A stretch of 64,000 nucleotides of DNA from Chiloscyllium plagiosum (lineage: Eukaryota). The stretch covers positions 6,938-70,937 of the forward strand of contig NW_025215226.1 of assembly GCF_004010195.1 (NCBI RefSeq), in the 5' to 3' direction. Of this stretch, positions 21,592-33,500 are shown piece by piece (within the stretch, counting starts at the first letter, position 1; every line of letters starts with the position of its first letter). The notes under the pieces were generated by a model, which saw only the letters and a program-made list of their open reading frames with translations, was not told the origin of the DNA and ran no database searches. The translations under genes were made by a program, and so were the position numbers.

Positions 21592-24500
21592 CACGTGTGC
21601 GAGAGTGTGTGTGGATGCAAGAAGAGTGAGTCTGTGTGTGTGCGTAAGAGAAAGATATTGCATGTGTGCGAGAGTGTGCTTGGGTGCAAGAAAGAGTGTG
21701 TGTGTGTAAGAGCTAGAAAGCGCATGTGGGTGCAAGAAAGAGTGTGTGTGTGTGCATAAGAGAACGAGAGTGCATGTGATTGAGAGTGTGCATGGGTACA
21801 AGAAGTTGTGAGAGTGTGTGTGTAAGAGAGAGTGCATGCGTGTGAGAGTGTGTGTGGGTGCAAGAAAGAGTGAGTGCGTGCGTAAGAGAAACAGAGTGCA
21901 TGTATGCAAGCGTGTGTGTCGGTGCAAGAAAGAGTGAATGCGTGTGTGACAGAGACAATGTGTGCAAGAGAGAGAGAATGCGAGTGCGTGAGAGAGAATG
22001 CGTGTGCGCGAGAGAGAGAATGCGTGTGCGTGAGAGACAGAATGCGTGTGTGCGAGAAAGATAATGTGTGTGCGAGAGAGAGAATGCGTGTGTGCTTGAG
22101 AGAGAGAATGCGTGTGAGCATGAGAGATAGAATGCGTGTGTGCAAGAGAGAGAATGTGTGCATGCGTGAGAGAGAGAATGCGTGCGACAGGGAGAATGCA
22201 TGAGTGAAGAAAGAGAGAGAATGCGTGTGAGAGAGAGAAAATGCATATGTGCGTGAGAGAGAGAAAGTGTGTGACAGAGGTATTGCGTGTGTGCGAGAGA
22301 GAGAATGCATTTGTGTGAGGGAGAAATTGCATGTGTACGTGAGAGAGAATGCAAGTGTCCGAGAGAGAGAATGCGTGTGTGCGTGAGAGAGTGAGCGTGA
22401 GAGAGTGCGTGCGTGTGTGCGTGAAAGAGAGAATGCGTGTGAGAGAGAGAGATAATGTGCGTGTCAGAGAGGGAGAATGCGTGTGTGTGTGAGAGAAAAT
22501 GTGTGTGTGCATTAGAGAGAGAATGCGTGTTTGCATGAGAGAGAGAATGCATGTGAGAGAGAGAATGCGTGTGTGCGTGAGAGAGAGAATGCATGTTAAA
22601 GAGAGGGATAATGCGCGTGTGAGAGAGGCACAATGCGTGTGTACGTGAGAGAGATAAATGCGTGTGTGCATGAGAGAAAGAATGCGTGTGTGCATGAGAG
22701 ATGGAATGCGTGCGTGTGTGAGAGAGAATGCATGTGTGCGAGAGAGAGAGAGACAATGCGTGTGTGTGTGAGAGAGAATGAGTTTGTGGCGAGAGAGAGA
22801 GAATGCATGTGCGCCTGAGAAAGAATGCGTTTGTGAGAGAGAGATAATGCGTGTGTGCACAAGAGAGTGAATGCGTATGTGCGTGTGAAACGTGGAGATA
22901 TGGAACAGATTAGAAATGAAACAGCAGTTTTCTGTGTTCCGGCTTCCAATGTAACATTTTACAATTTAGTTTATCTTATCTTCTATCTAACATCCAACAA
23001 GGATCACTTCACAGATCCAAAAAAAAGACCCCCAGGAGTGAGGGACAGACTGCAATCAAATAGAATTATTTAGGATTTATATACAGAACAACAGATACAC
23101 AGGAATGAGGGACAGAGACAGAATGCGAGTGTGCGAGAAAGATAACGTGTGTGCGAGAGTGAGAATGCGTGTGTGCTTGAGAGAGAATGCGTGTGAGCAT
23201 GAGAGAGAATGCGTGTGTGCGTGAGAGAGATAATGAGTGTGCAAGACGGAGAAAATGCGAGTGCATGAGAGATAGAACGCGTGTGTGCAAGAGAGAGAAC
23301 GTGTGCATGCATGAGAGAGAGAATGCGTGCGACAGGGAGAATGCATGAGTGCAAGAAAGAGAGAGCTTGCATGTGTGAGAGATAGAGAAGACATGTGAAA
23401 GCGAGAGAGAATGTGCGTGAAAGAGAGAATTCGTGTGTGAGAGAGAGAATGCGTGTGAGAGAGACAAAATGTATATGTGCGTGAGAGAAAGTGTGTGAGA
23501 GAGGGAATGCGTGTGTGCGAGTGAGAGAATGCATTTGTGTGAGGGAGAAGTTGCATGTGTCTGTGAGAGAGAATGCAAGTGTCCGAGAGAGAGAATTCAT
23601 GTGTGCGTGAGAGAGAGGGAGTGCGTGTGTGCGTGAAAGAGAGAATGCGTGTGAGAGAGAGATACTGTGCGTGCGAGAGAGGGAGAATGGGTGTGAGTGT
23701 GAGAGAGAATGTGTGTGTGCATGAGAGAGAGAATATGTGGTTGCATGAGAGAGAGAATGCATGTGAGAGGGAGAATGCGTGTGTGCGTGAGAGAGGCAAT
23801 GCGTGGGTGAGAGAGAGAGAATGTGTACAAGACAGAGAGGATGTGCGCAAGAGAGAGAGAATGCGAGTGCATGACAGAGTGAAGGCGCGTGCGCGCGAGA
23901 GATAATGTGTATGTGCGTGAGAGAGAGAATACTTGTGTGAGAGAGAGAATGCGTGGGTGCGAGAGAGAGAATGCATGTGTGCATGAGAGAGAGAATACAT
24001 GTGTGAGAGATAGAATGCGTGTGTGAGAGAGAGAGAATTCGTGTGTGAGAGAAAGAGAATGTATGCGAGTGACAGAGAGAATGCGTGAGTGTGTGAGAGA
24101 GAATGCATGTGCGCGTGAGAGAGAGAATTCGTGTGCGCGTGAGGGAGTGAAAGCATGTGAGAGGGAGATACAGAATGCGTGTGAGGGAGAGAGAATTCGT
24201 GTGTGTGAGAGAGAGAATGTGTGTGTCCCTGAGACAGTGAATGCGTGTGTCGCTGAGAGAGAGAATGAATGTGTGAGAGACGATGTATGTGTGTGTGACA
24301 GAGAATGCGAGTGTGTGTGAGAGAGAATGCGTGCGAGATGAGAGAGAATGCGTGTGAGAGAGACAGAGAATGCGTGTGTTGCTGAGAGAGTTAATGAGCG
24401 TGTAGTGAGAGAGACAATGCGTGTATGAGAGAGAGAGAATGCGTGTGTGCGAGAGAGAGAACGCTTGTGCGAGAGAAAGAGAATGAGTGTGTGAGAGAGA

Positions 24501-27500
24501 GAATGCGTGTGTGTGAGAGAGTATGCCTGTGTGCAAAAGACAGAGTGCGTGCATGAGATAGTGTGCGTGCATGAGAGAGAGAAAAGTGTGTGTGTGTAAG
24601 AAAGTGAGTGTGTGTGCAACAGAAAGAGAGTGCATGTGTGTGAGAGTGTGTGTGCGTGCAAGAAAGTGAGAATGTGTGTTTAAGAGAAAGAGAGTGCATG
24701 TGTGCGAGAGTGTGTGTGGGTGCAAGAAAGACTGAGTTTGTGTGTAAGAGAAAGAGAATGCGTGCGTGCAAGAGAGAGAGAATGCATTTGTGCATGAGAG
24801 AGAGAATGTATGTGTGCAGGAGAGAGAATGCGTGCATGAGAGAGAATAAGTGTATGCGTGAGAGAGAGAATGCGTGTGTGCGTGAGAGAGAGAACGTGTG
24901 TTAGAGAGCGAATGGGTGCGCATGTATGTGAGAGAGAGAATGCGTGAGACACAGAATGTGTGTGTGTGAGAGAGAATGTGTATGAGAGAGAGAATGAGGA
25001 GGAGCTTGAGCGAGAGAATACGTGAGAAGGAGAGGGAATACGTGTGTGAGAGAGAGACTGCGTGTGCGTGTGAGAGAGAGAATGTGTGTGAGAGAGAGAT
25101 AATGCGTGTGTGAGCGAGAGAGAATGCGTGTGTGCAACAGGGAGAGAATGCATGTGTGCATGAGGGAAAGAATGCGTGTGAGCGTGAGACAGAGAATGCA
25201 TGTGTGCGGGAGAGAGAATGCATGTGTGCGAGATCGAGAATGTGTGTGCACGTGAGAGAGAGAATGCGTGTGTGAGAGAGATAATGCATGTGTGCATGAG
25301 AGAGAGAATGCATGTGCGTGAGAGAGAGAATGCGTGTGTGAAAGAGATAATGTGTGTGTTCATGAGAAAGAGAATGTGCGTGTGCATGAGAGAGAGAATG
25401 CGTGTGAGCATGAGAGAGATAATGAGTGTGTGTGAGAGAGAGAATACGTGAGTGCGAGAGAGAAAATATGTGTGCAAGAGAGAGAATGCGTGTGTGCGTG
25501 AGAGAGAAAGCGTGAATGCGAGAGAGAGAACATGTACGAGAGAGAGAGAATGCATGTGTGCAAGAGAGATTGAATGTGTGTGTGCGTGAGAGAGAGAATA
25601 CGTGTGAGCCTGAGAGAGATAATGAGTGTGCGTGAGAGAGAGAATACGTGAGTGCAAGAGAGAAAATGTGTGTGCGAGAGAGAGAATGCGTGTGTGAGAG
25701 AGAATGCACGAATGCAAGAGAGAGAGCGTGTGTGTGAGAGAGAGAATGCGTGTGCGCGTGAGAGAGAGAATGTGTGTGTGCGTGAGAGAGAGAATGCATG
25801 TGTGAGAGAGATAATGTATGTGTACATGAGAGAGAGAATGCATGTGCGTTAGAGAGATAATGCATGTGTGGGTGAGGCAATGTGTGTGTACATGAGAGAG
25901 AGAATGCATGTGTGCGAGAGAGAGACAATGTGTGTGTGTGAGAGAGAGATTGAGTGTGTGGCGACATAGAGAGAACGCATGTGCGTGAGAGAGATAATGC
26001 ATTTGTGTGAGAGAGAGAATGCATGTGTTCGTGAGAGAGTGAATGTGTATGTGCATGTGAGAGGCAATGCGTGGGTGAGAGAGAGAGAATGTTTGCAAGA
26101 GAGTGAATGTGTGCAAGAGAGAGAGAATGCGAGTGCATGAGAGAGTGAAGGCGCGTGCGCAAGAGAGATAATGTGTATGTGCGTGCGAGAGAGAATACTT
26201 GTGAGAGAGAATGCGTGTGTGCGAGAGAGAGAATGCATGTGTGCGTGAGAGATAGAATGCGTGTGTGAGAGGGAATTCGTGTGTGAGAGAAAGAGAATGC
26301 GTACGCGTGAGAGAGAGAATGCGTGAGTGCGAGAGAGAGAGAGAATGTGCGTGTGTGAGAGAGAGAATGCATGTGCACGTATGGGAGTGAATGCATGTGA
26401 GAGGGAGATAGAGAATGCGAGTGAGAGAGAGAGAATGCATGTGTCCCTGAGAGAGAGAATGCGTGTGTTATTGAGAGAGTTTATGAGCGTGTAGTGAGAG
26501 AGACAATGCGTGCATGAGAGAGAGAGAGAACGCGTGTGTGCGAGAAAGAGACTGCATCTGTGCGAGAGAAAGAGAATGAGTGTGTGTGTGAGAGAATGCG
26601 TGTGCGTGCGAGAGATAATGCATGTATGGGAGAGAGAATGCATATATGCATGAGAGAGAGAATGCATGAGTTCGAGAGAGAGGGAATGCGTGTATGCGAG
26701 TGAGAGAGAATGAGTGTGTGAATGAGGGAATGCGTGCGTGTGCGAAAGAGAATTCGCGTGTGCGAGAGAATGATTGCGTGCGTGAGAGAATTAGTGTGTG
26801 CGTGAGAGAGAGAATGCATGATTGAGAGAGAGAAAATGCCTGTGTGCAAAAGACAGAGTGCGTGCATGAGATAGTGTGCATGCATGAGAGAGAGAAAAGT
26901 GTGTGTGTGTGTGTAAGAAATTGATTGTGTGTACAACAGAAAGAGAGTGCATGTGTGTGAGAGTGTGTGTGCGTGGAAGAAAGTGTGAATGTGTATGTAA
27001 GAGAAATACAGTGCATGTGTGCTAGAGTGTGTCTGGGTGCAAGAAAGACTGGTGTGTGTGTGTGTAAGATAAAGAGAATGCGTGCGTGCAAGAGAGAGAG
27101 AATGCATTTGTGCATGAGAGAGAGAATGTGTGTTGCAGGAGAGAGAATGCGTGCATGAGAGAGAGAGAATAAGTGTGTGCGCGAGAGAGAGAATGCATGT
27201 GTGCGTGAGAGAGAGAACATGTTAGAGAGAGAATGGGTGCACATGTGCGTGAGAGAGAATGCGTGAGACACAGAATGTGTGTGTGAGAGAGAGAACGTGT
27301 GTGAGAGAGAGAGAGAATGCGGGCGTGAGGAGAGAGACTGTGTGTGTTCGTGAGAGAGAGAATGTATGTGAGAGAGAGATAATGCATGTGTGAGTGAGAG
27401 AGAATGCGTGTGAGCATGACTGAGAGAATGCGTGTGAGCATGAGAGAGATAATGAGTGTGTGCGTGGGAGAGAGAATACATGAGTGCGAGAGAGAAAATG

Positions 27501-30500
27501 TGTGTGCGAGAGAGAGAATGCATGTGCACGTGAAAGAGAAAGCGTGAATGCAAGAGAGAGAGCATGTTCTAGAGAGAGAGAATGCGTGTGTGCGAGAGAG
27601 ATTGAATGCGTGTGTGCGTGAAAGAGAGAATATGTGTGAGCGTGAGAGAGAGAATGCATGTGTGCATGAGAGAGAGAATGCATTTGTGCGTGAGAGAGGG
27701 AATGAGTGTGTGCGAGCGAGAGAATGCATGTGTGAGAGAGATGATGTGTATATGCATGAGAGAGAATGCGTGTGTGCAAGAGAGAGAGAATGCATGAAGG
27801 CGTGAGAGAGAGAATGTGTATGTGCGTGAGAGATAGAGAGTGTGCGTGAAAGAGAGAATACGTGAGTGCAAGAGAAAATGTGTGTGCAAGAGAGAATGCG
27901 TGTGTGAGAGAGAATGCATGAATGCAAGAGAGAGAACAGAGTGAATGCGTGTGAGCGTGAGAGAGATAATGCGTGTGTGCATGAGAGAGAGAATGACATA
28001 TGTGATAGAGATAATGTGTGTGCATGAGAGGGAGAATGCGTGTGTGCATGAGAGAGAGAATGCATTTGTGCGTGAGAGAGGGAATGAGTGTGTGCGAGCG
28101 AGAGAATGCGTGTGTGAGAGAGATGATGTGTATATGCATGAGAGTGAATGCGTGTGTGCAAGAGAGAGAATGCATGAAGGCGTGAGAGAGAGAATGTGTA
28201 TGTGCGTGAGAGACATAGAGAGTGTGCCTGAAAGAGAGAATACGTGAGTGCAAGAGAAAATGTGTGTGCAAGAGAGAATGCGTGTGTGAGAGAGAATGCA
28301 TGAATGCAAGAGAGAGAACAGAGTGAATGCGTGTGAGCGTGAGAGAGATAATGCGTGCGTGCATGAGAGAGAGAATGACATATGTGAGAGAGATAATGTG
28401 TGTGCATGAGAGGGAGAATGCGTGTGTGCATTAGAGAGAGAATGCGTGTGCGTGAGAGAGAGAATGCGTGTGTGAGAGACATAATGTGTGTGTGCATGAG
28501 AAAGAGAATGCTTGTGTGCATGAGAGAGAGAATGCGTGTTAGCATGAGAGAGATAATGAGTGTGTGTGAGAGAGAGAACACGCGAGTGTGAGAGTCAAAA
28601 TGTGTATGCGAGACAGAGAATGCTTGTGTGTTTGAGAGAGAAAGCGTGAATGCGAGAGAGAGAACGTGTGCGAGAGAGAATGCATGTTTGTGAGAGAGAA
28701 AGCGTTTGTGCGTGAGAGAGATGATGTGTGTGTACATGAGAGAGAAAATGCATGTGCGTGAGAGAGAGAATGCGTGTGTGAGAGAGATAATGTGTGCGTG
28801 CACGAGAGGGAGAATACGTTTGTGCAGAGAGAGAGAATGCGTGTGAGAATGAGGGAGAGAATGTGTGAGTGTGAGTGAGAGAATACATGTGTGCATGAGA
28901 GAGATAATGCGTGTGTGTGTGAGAGAAAATGCATGTGTGCGAGAGAGAATACGTGTCTGTGTGAGAGATATAATGCGTGTGTGTGAGAGAGAGAATTCGT
29001 GTGTGACAGAAAGAGAATGAGTGCACATGAGAGAGAGAATGCGTGTGTGTGAGAAAGAGAATGCGTGTGAGAGGGAGAATGGGTGTGTGCGTGAGGGAGA
29101 GAATGCGTGTGTGTGAGAGACAGAGAATGCATGTGTGTGAGAGATATTGTGTGTGTGCATGAGAGGGAGAATGTGTGTGTGCGTGAGAGACATAATGAGT
29201 GTGCGTGAGAGAGAGAATAATTGAGTGCGAGAGAGAAAATGTGTGTGCAAGAGAGAGAATACGTGTGTGAGAGAAAGCGTATGTTCGTGAGAGAGCGAAT
29301 ATGTGAGTGTGAGTGAGAGGATGCATGTGAGCATGAGAGAGATAATGCGTGTGTGTGAGAGAGAGAATACGTGTGTGCGTGAGAGAGAGAATGAGTGTAT
29401 GGGAGAGATAATGTGTGTGCGCAGGAGAGAGAATGCGTGTGTGGTTGAGAGAGAGAATGCGTGTGTGCAAGAGAGAGAATGAGTGTATGGGAGAGATAAT
29501 GCGTGTGTGCAAGAGAGAGAATGTGTGTTTGCATGAGAGAGTGAATGAGTTTGTGTGAGAGAGAGAAAGCGTACGTGAGAGAGGTAATGTGTGCGAGAGA
29601 GAATACGTGTCTGCGTGAGGGATAGAATGCGTGTGTGTGAGGGAGAGAATTTGTGTGTGAGAGAAAGAGAATGAGTGCACGTGAGAGAGAGAATGCACGC
29701 ATGTGTGTGAAAGAGAATGCGTGTGAGTGGGAGAGAGAGAATGGGTGTGAGAGAGAGAATGCGTGAGAGCGTGAGGCAGAGAATGCATGTGTGCGGGAGA
29801 GAGAATGTGTGTGTGCGTGAGAGAGGGAATGAGTGTGCGCACAAAAGAGAAAATGCGTGTGTGAGAGAGATAATGCGTGCGTGCATGACAGAGAGAATGC
29901 GTGTGTGTGAGAGAGAGAATGCGTGTGTGAGAGAATGGTTGTGTGAGAGAGAGGGAATACATGTGAAAGCGAGAGAGAATGTGCGTGAAAGAGAGAATGC
30001 GTGTGTGCGAGAGAGAATGCTTGTCTGAGAGAGAGAATGCTTGTGTGTGAGATAGAATGCGTGTGAGAGAGAGAAAATGCATAAGTGCGTGAGAGAGAGA
30101 GACAGTGTGTGACAGAGGGAATGCGTGTGTGCGAGAGAGAATGCATGTGTGTGAGGGAGAAATTGCGTGTGTGCGTGAAAGAGAATGCAAGTGTCCGAGA
30201 GAGAGAATGCTTGTGTCCGAGAGAGAGTGAGTGCGCGTGTGCGTGAAAGAGAGAATGCGTGTGAGAGAGAGATAATGTGTGTGTGCATGAGAGAGAGAAT
30301 ACGTGTTTGCATGAGAGAGTGAATGAGTTTGTGTGAGAGAGAAAGCGTGCGTGAGAGAGGTAATATGTACGAGAGAGAATACGTGTCTGCATGAGAGATA
30401 GAATGCGTGTGTGTAAGAGAGATAATTTGTGTGTGAGAGAAGGAGAATGAGTGCATGTGAGAGAGAGAATGCGCGCTTGTGTGTGAGAGAGAATGCGTGT

Positions 30501-33500
30501 GAGTGGGAGAGAGAGAATGGGTGTGAGAGAGAGAATGCTTGTGTGCATGAGGGAGAGAATGCGTGAGAGCGTGAGGCAGAGAATGCATGTGTGCGGGAGA
30601 GAGAATGCATGTGTGCGAGATCGAGAATGTGTGTGTGCGTGAGAGAGGGAATGAGTGTGCGCGCAAGAGAGAAAATGCGTGTGTGAGAGAGATAATGCGT
30701 GTGTGCATGACAGAGAGAATGCGTGTTTGTTAGAGACAGAACGCGTGTGTGGGAGAGATAATGTGTGTGTGCATGAGAAGGAGAATGCGTGTGAGAGAGA
30801 TTGCGTGTGTGTGTGAGAGAGAGAATGGTTGTGTGAGAGAGAGGGAATACACGTGAAAGCGAGATAGAATGTGCGTGAGAGAGAAAAAGTGTGTGACAGA
30901 GAGAATGCGTGTGTGAGAGAGAGAATGCATGTGTGTGAAGGAGAAATTGCGTGTGTCCGTGAAAGAGAATGCAAGTGTCCGAGAGAGAGAATGCTTGTCT
31001 GCGTGAGAGAGTGAGTGCGTGTGTGCGTGAAAGAGAGAATGCGTGTGAGAGAGAGATAATTTGCGCGTGAGAGAGGGAGAATGCGTGTGTGTGAGAGAGA
31101 GAATGTGTGTGTGCATGAGAGAGAGAATACGCGTTTGCATGAGAGAGAGAATGCATGTGAGAGAGACTGCGTGACTGCATGATAGAGAGAACGCATGTGT
31201 GAGAGAGAGATCATGCGTGAGTGAGAGAGGCAGAATGCGTGTGTGTGTGAGAGAGAATGTGTGTGCATGAAAGAGATCATGCGCGAGTGAGAGGGGCAGA
31301 ATGCGTGTTTGTGAGAGAGAGAATGTGTGTGTGCACGAGAGAGAGAATACGGCTTTGCATGAGAGAGAGAATGCATGTGAGAGAGAAAATGCGTGTGTGC
31401 ATGAGAGAAAGAACGCATGCGTTCATGAGAGATGGAAAGCGTGTGTGAGAGAGAGAATGCATGTGTGCGAGAGAGAGAGACAATGCGTGTGTATGTGAGA
31501 GAGAGAATGCGTGTGTGAGTGTGTGGCGAGAGAGAGAATGCGTTTGCGAGAGAGAGAGAGAATGAGTGTGTGCATGAGGGAGTGAATGCGTATGTGCGTG
31601 TGAGAGGCAATGCGTGGGTGAGAGAGAGAGAATGTGTACAAGACAGAGAGAATGTGTGCAAGAGAGAGAATGCGAGTGCATGAGAGAGTAAGGGCACGCG
31701 CGTGAGAGAGATAATGTGTATGTGCGTGAGAGAGAATACTTGTGTGTGAAAGAGAGAATGCATGTGTGCGAGAGAGAAAATGCATGTGTGAGAGATAGAA
31801 TGCGTGTGTGAGAGAGAGAGAATTCGTGTGTGAGAGAAAGAGAATGAGTGTGTGTGAGAGAGAGAATGCGTGAGTGTGAGAGAGAGAATGTGTGTTTGCG
31901 TGAGAGAGAGAATGCATGTGAGAGGGAGATAGAGAATGCGTGTGAGAGAGAAAGAATGCGTGTGTGAGAGAGAGAGAATGTGTATGCCCCTGAGACAGAG
32001 GATGCATGTGTTGCTTAGAGAGAGAGAGTGAATGTGGGAGAGACAATGCATGTATGAGAGAGGGAGAGAATGCGTATGTGTGTGAGAGAATGCGTACGAG
32101 ATGGAGGAAGAATGCGTGTGAGAGAGAGAGAATGCATGTGTCCCTGAGACAGAGAATGCGTGTGTTGCTGAGAGAGTTAATGAGTGTGTAGTGAGAGAGA
32201 CAATGCGTGCATGGGAGAGAGAGAGAATTCGTGTGTGCGAGAGAGAAAATGCGTGTGTGTGAGAGAAAGGGAATGAGTGTGTGTGACAGAATGCGTGTGC
32301 ATGCGAGAGAAAATGCGTTTGTGCGAGAGAGAATGCGTGTATGCAAGAGAGAGAGAATGAGTGTGTGAATAAGGGAATGCGTGTGTGCGCAAGCGAGAAT
32401 TCGTGTGTGCGAGAGAATGATTGCGTGCGTGAGAGAATTAGTGTGTGCGTGAGAGAGAGAATGCATGATTGAGAGAGAGAATGCGTGTGTGCGTGAGAGA
32501 GAATGTATGTGAGCATGAGAGAGAGAATATGTGTGTGCGAGAGAGAGAATTCGTGTGCGCATGAGAGAGAGAACGCATGTGAGAGAGAAAATGCGTGTGT
32601 GCATGAGAGAAAGAACGCACGCGTGCATGAGAGATGGAAAGCGTGTGTGTGTGAGAGAGAATGCATGTGTGCGAGAGAGAGAGACAATGCGTGTGTATGA
32701 GAGAGAGAATGAGTGTGTGGCGAGAGAGAGAGAACGCGTGTGCGTGAGAGAGAGAATGCGTTTACGAGAGAGAGAGAATGAGGGTGTGCGTGAGAGAGAG
32801 AATACGTGTTTGCATGAGAGAGAGAATGCATGTGAGAAAGAAAATGCGTGTGTGCATGAGAGAAAGAACGCATGCGTGCATGAGAGATGGAAAGCGTGTG
32901 TGTGTGAGAGAGAATGCATGTGTGCGAGAGAGAGAGAGACAATACGTGTGTATGAGAGAGAGAATGAGTGTGTGGCGAGAGAATGGTTGTGTGCGTGAGA
33001 GAATTAGTGTGTGCGTGAGAGAGAGAATGCATGATTGAGAGAGAGAGAATGCGTGTGTACGAGTGAGAGAATGCATGTGCACATGAGACAGAGAATGCGC
33101 GTGTGTGAGATAGAAAATGCGTGTGTACGAGAGAGAGAATGTGTGTGTCCGTGAGAGAGAGAATGCGTGAATGCGAGAGAGAGAACATGTGTGTGAGAGA
33201 AAGAATGCGTGTGTTCATGAGAGAGCGAATGTGTGAGTGCGTGTGAGAGAATGCATGTGAGAAAGAAAATGCGTGTGTGCATGAGAGAAAGAACGCATGC
33301 GTGCATGAGAGATGGAAAGCGTGTGTGTGAGAGAGAATGCATGTGTGCGAGAGAGAGAGAGACAATACGTGTGTATGAGAGAGAGAATGAGTGTGTGGCG
33401 AGAGAATGGTTGTGTGCGTGAGAGAATTAGTGTGTGCGTGAGAGAGAGAATGCATGATTGAGAGAGAGAGAGAATGCGTGTGTGCGTGAGAGAGAATGCA

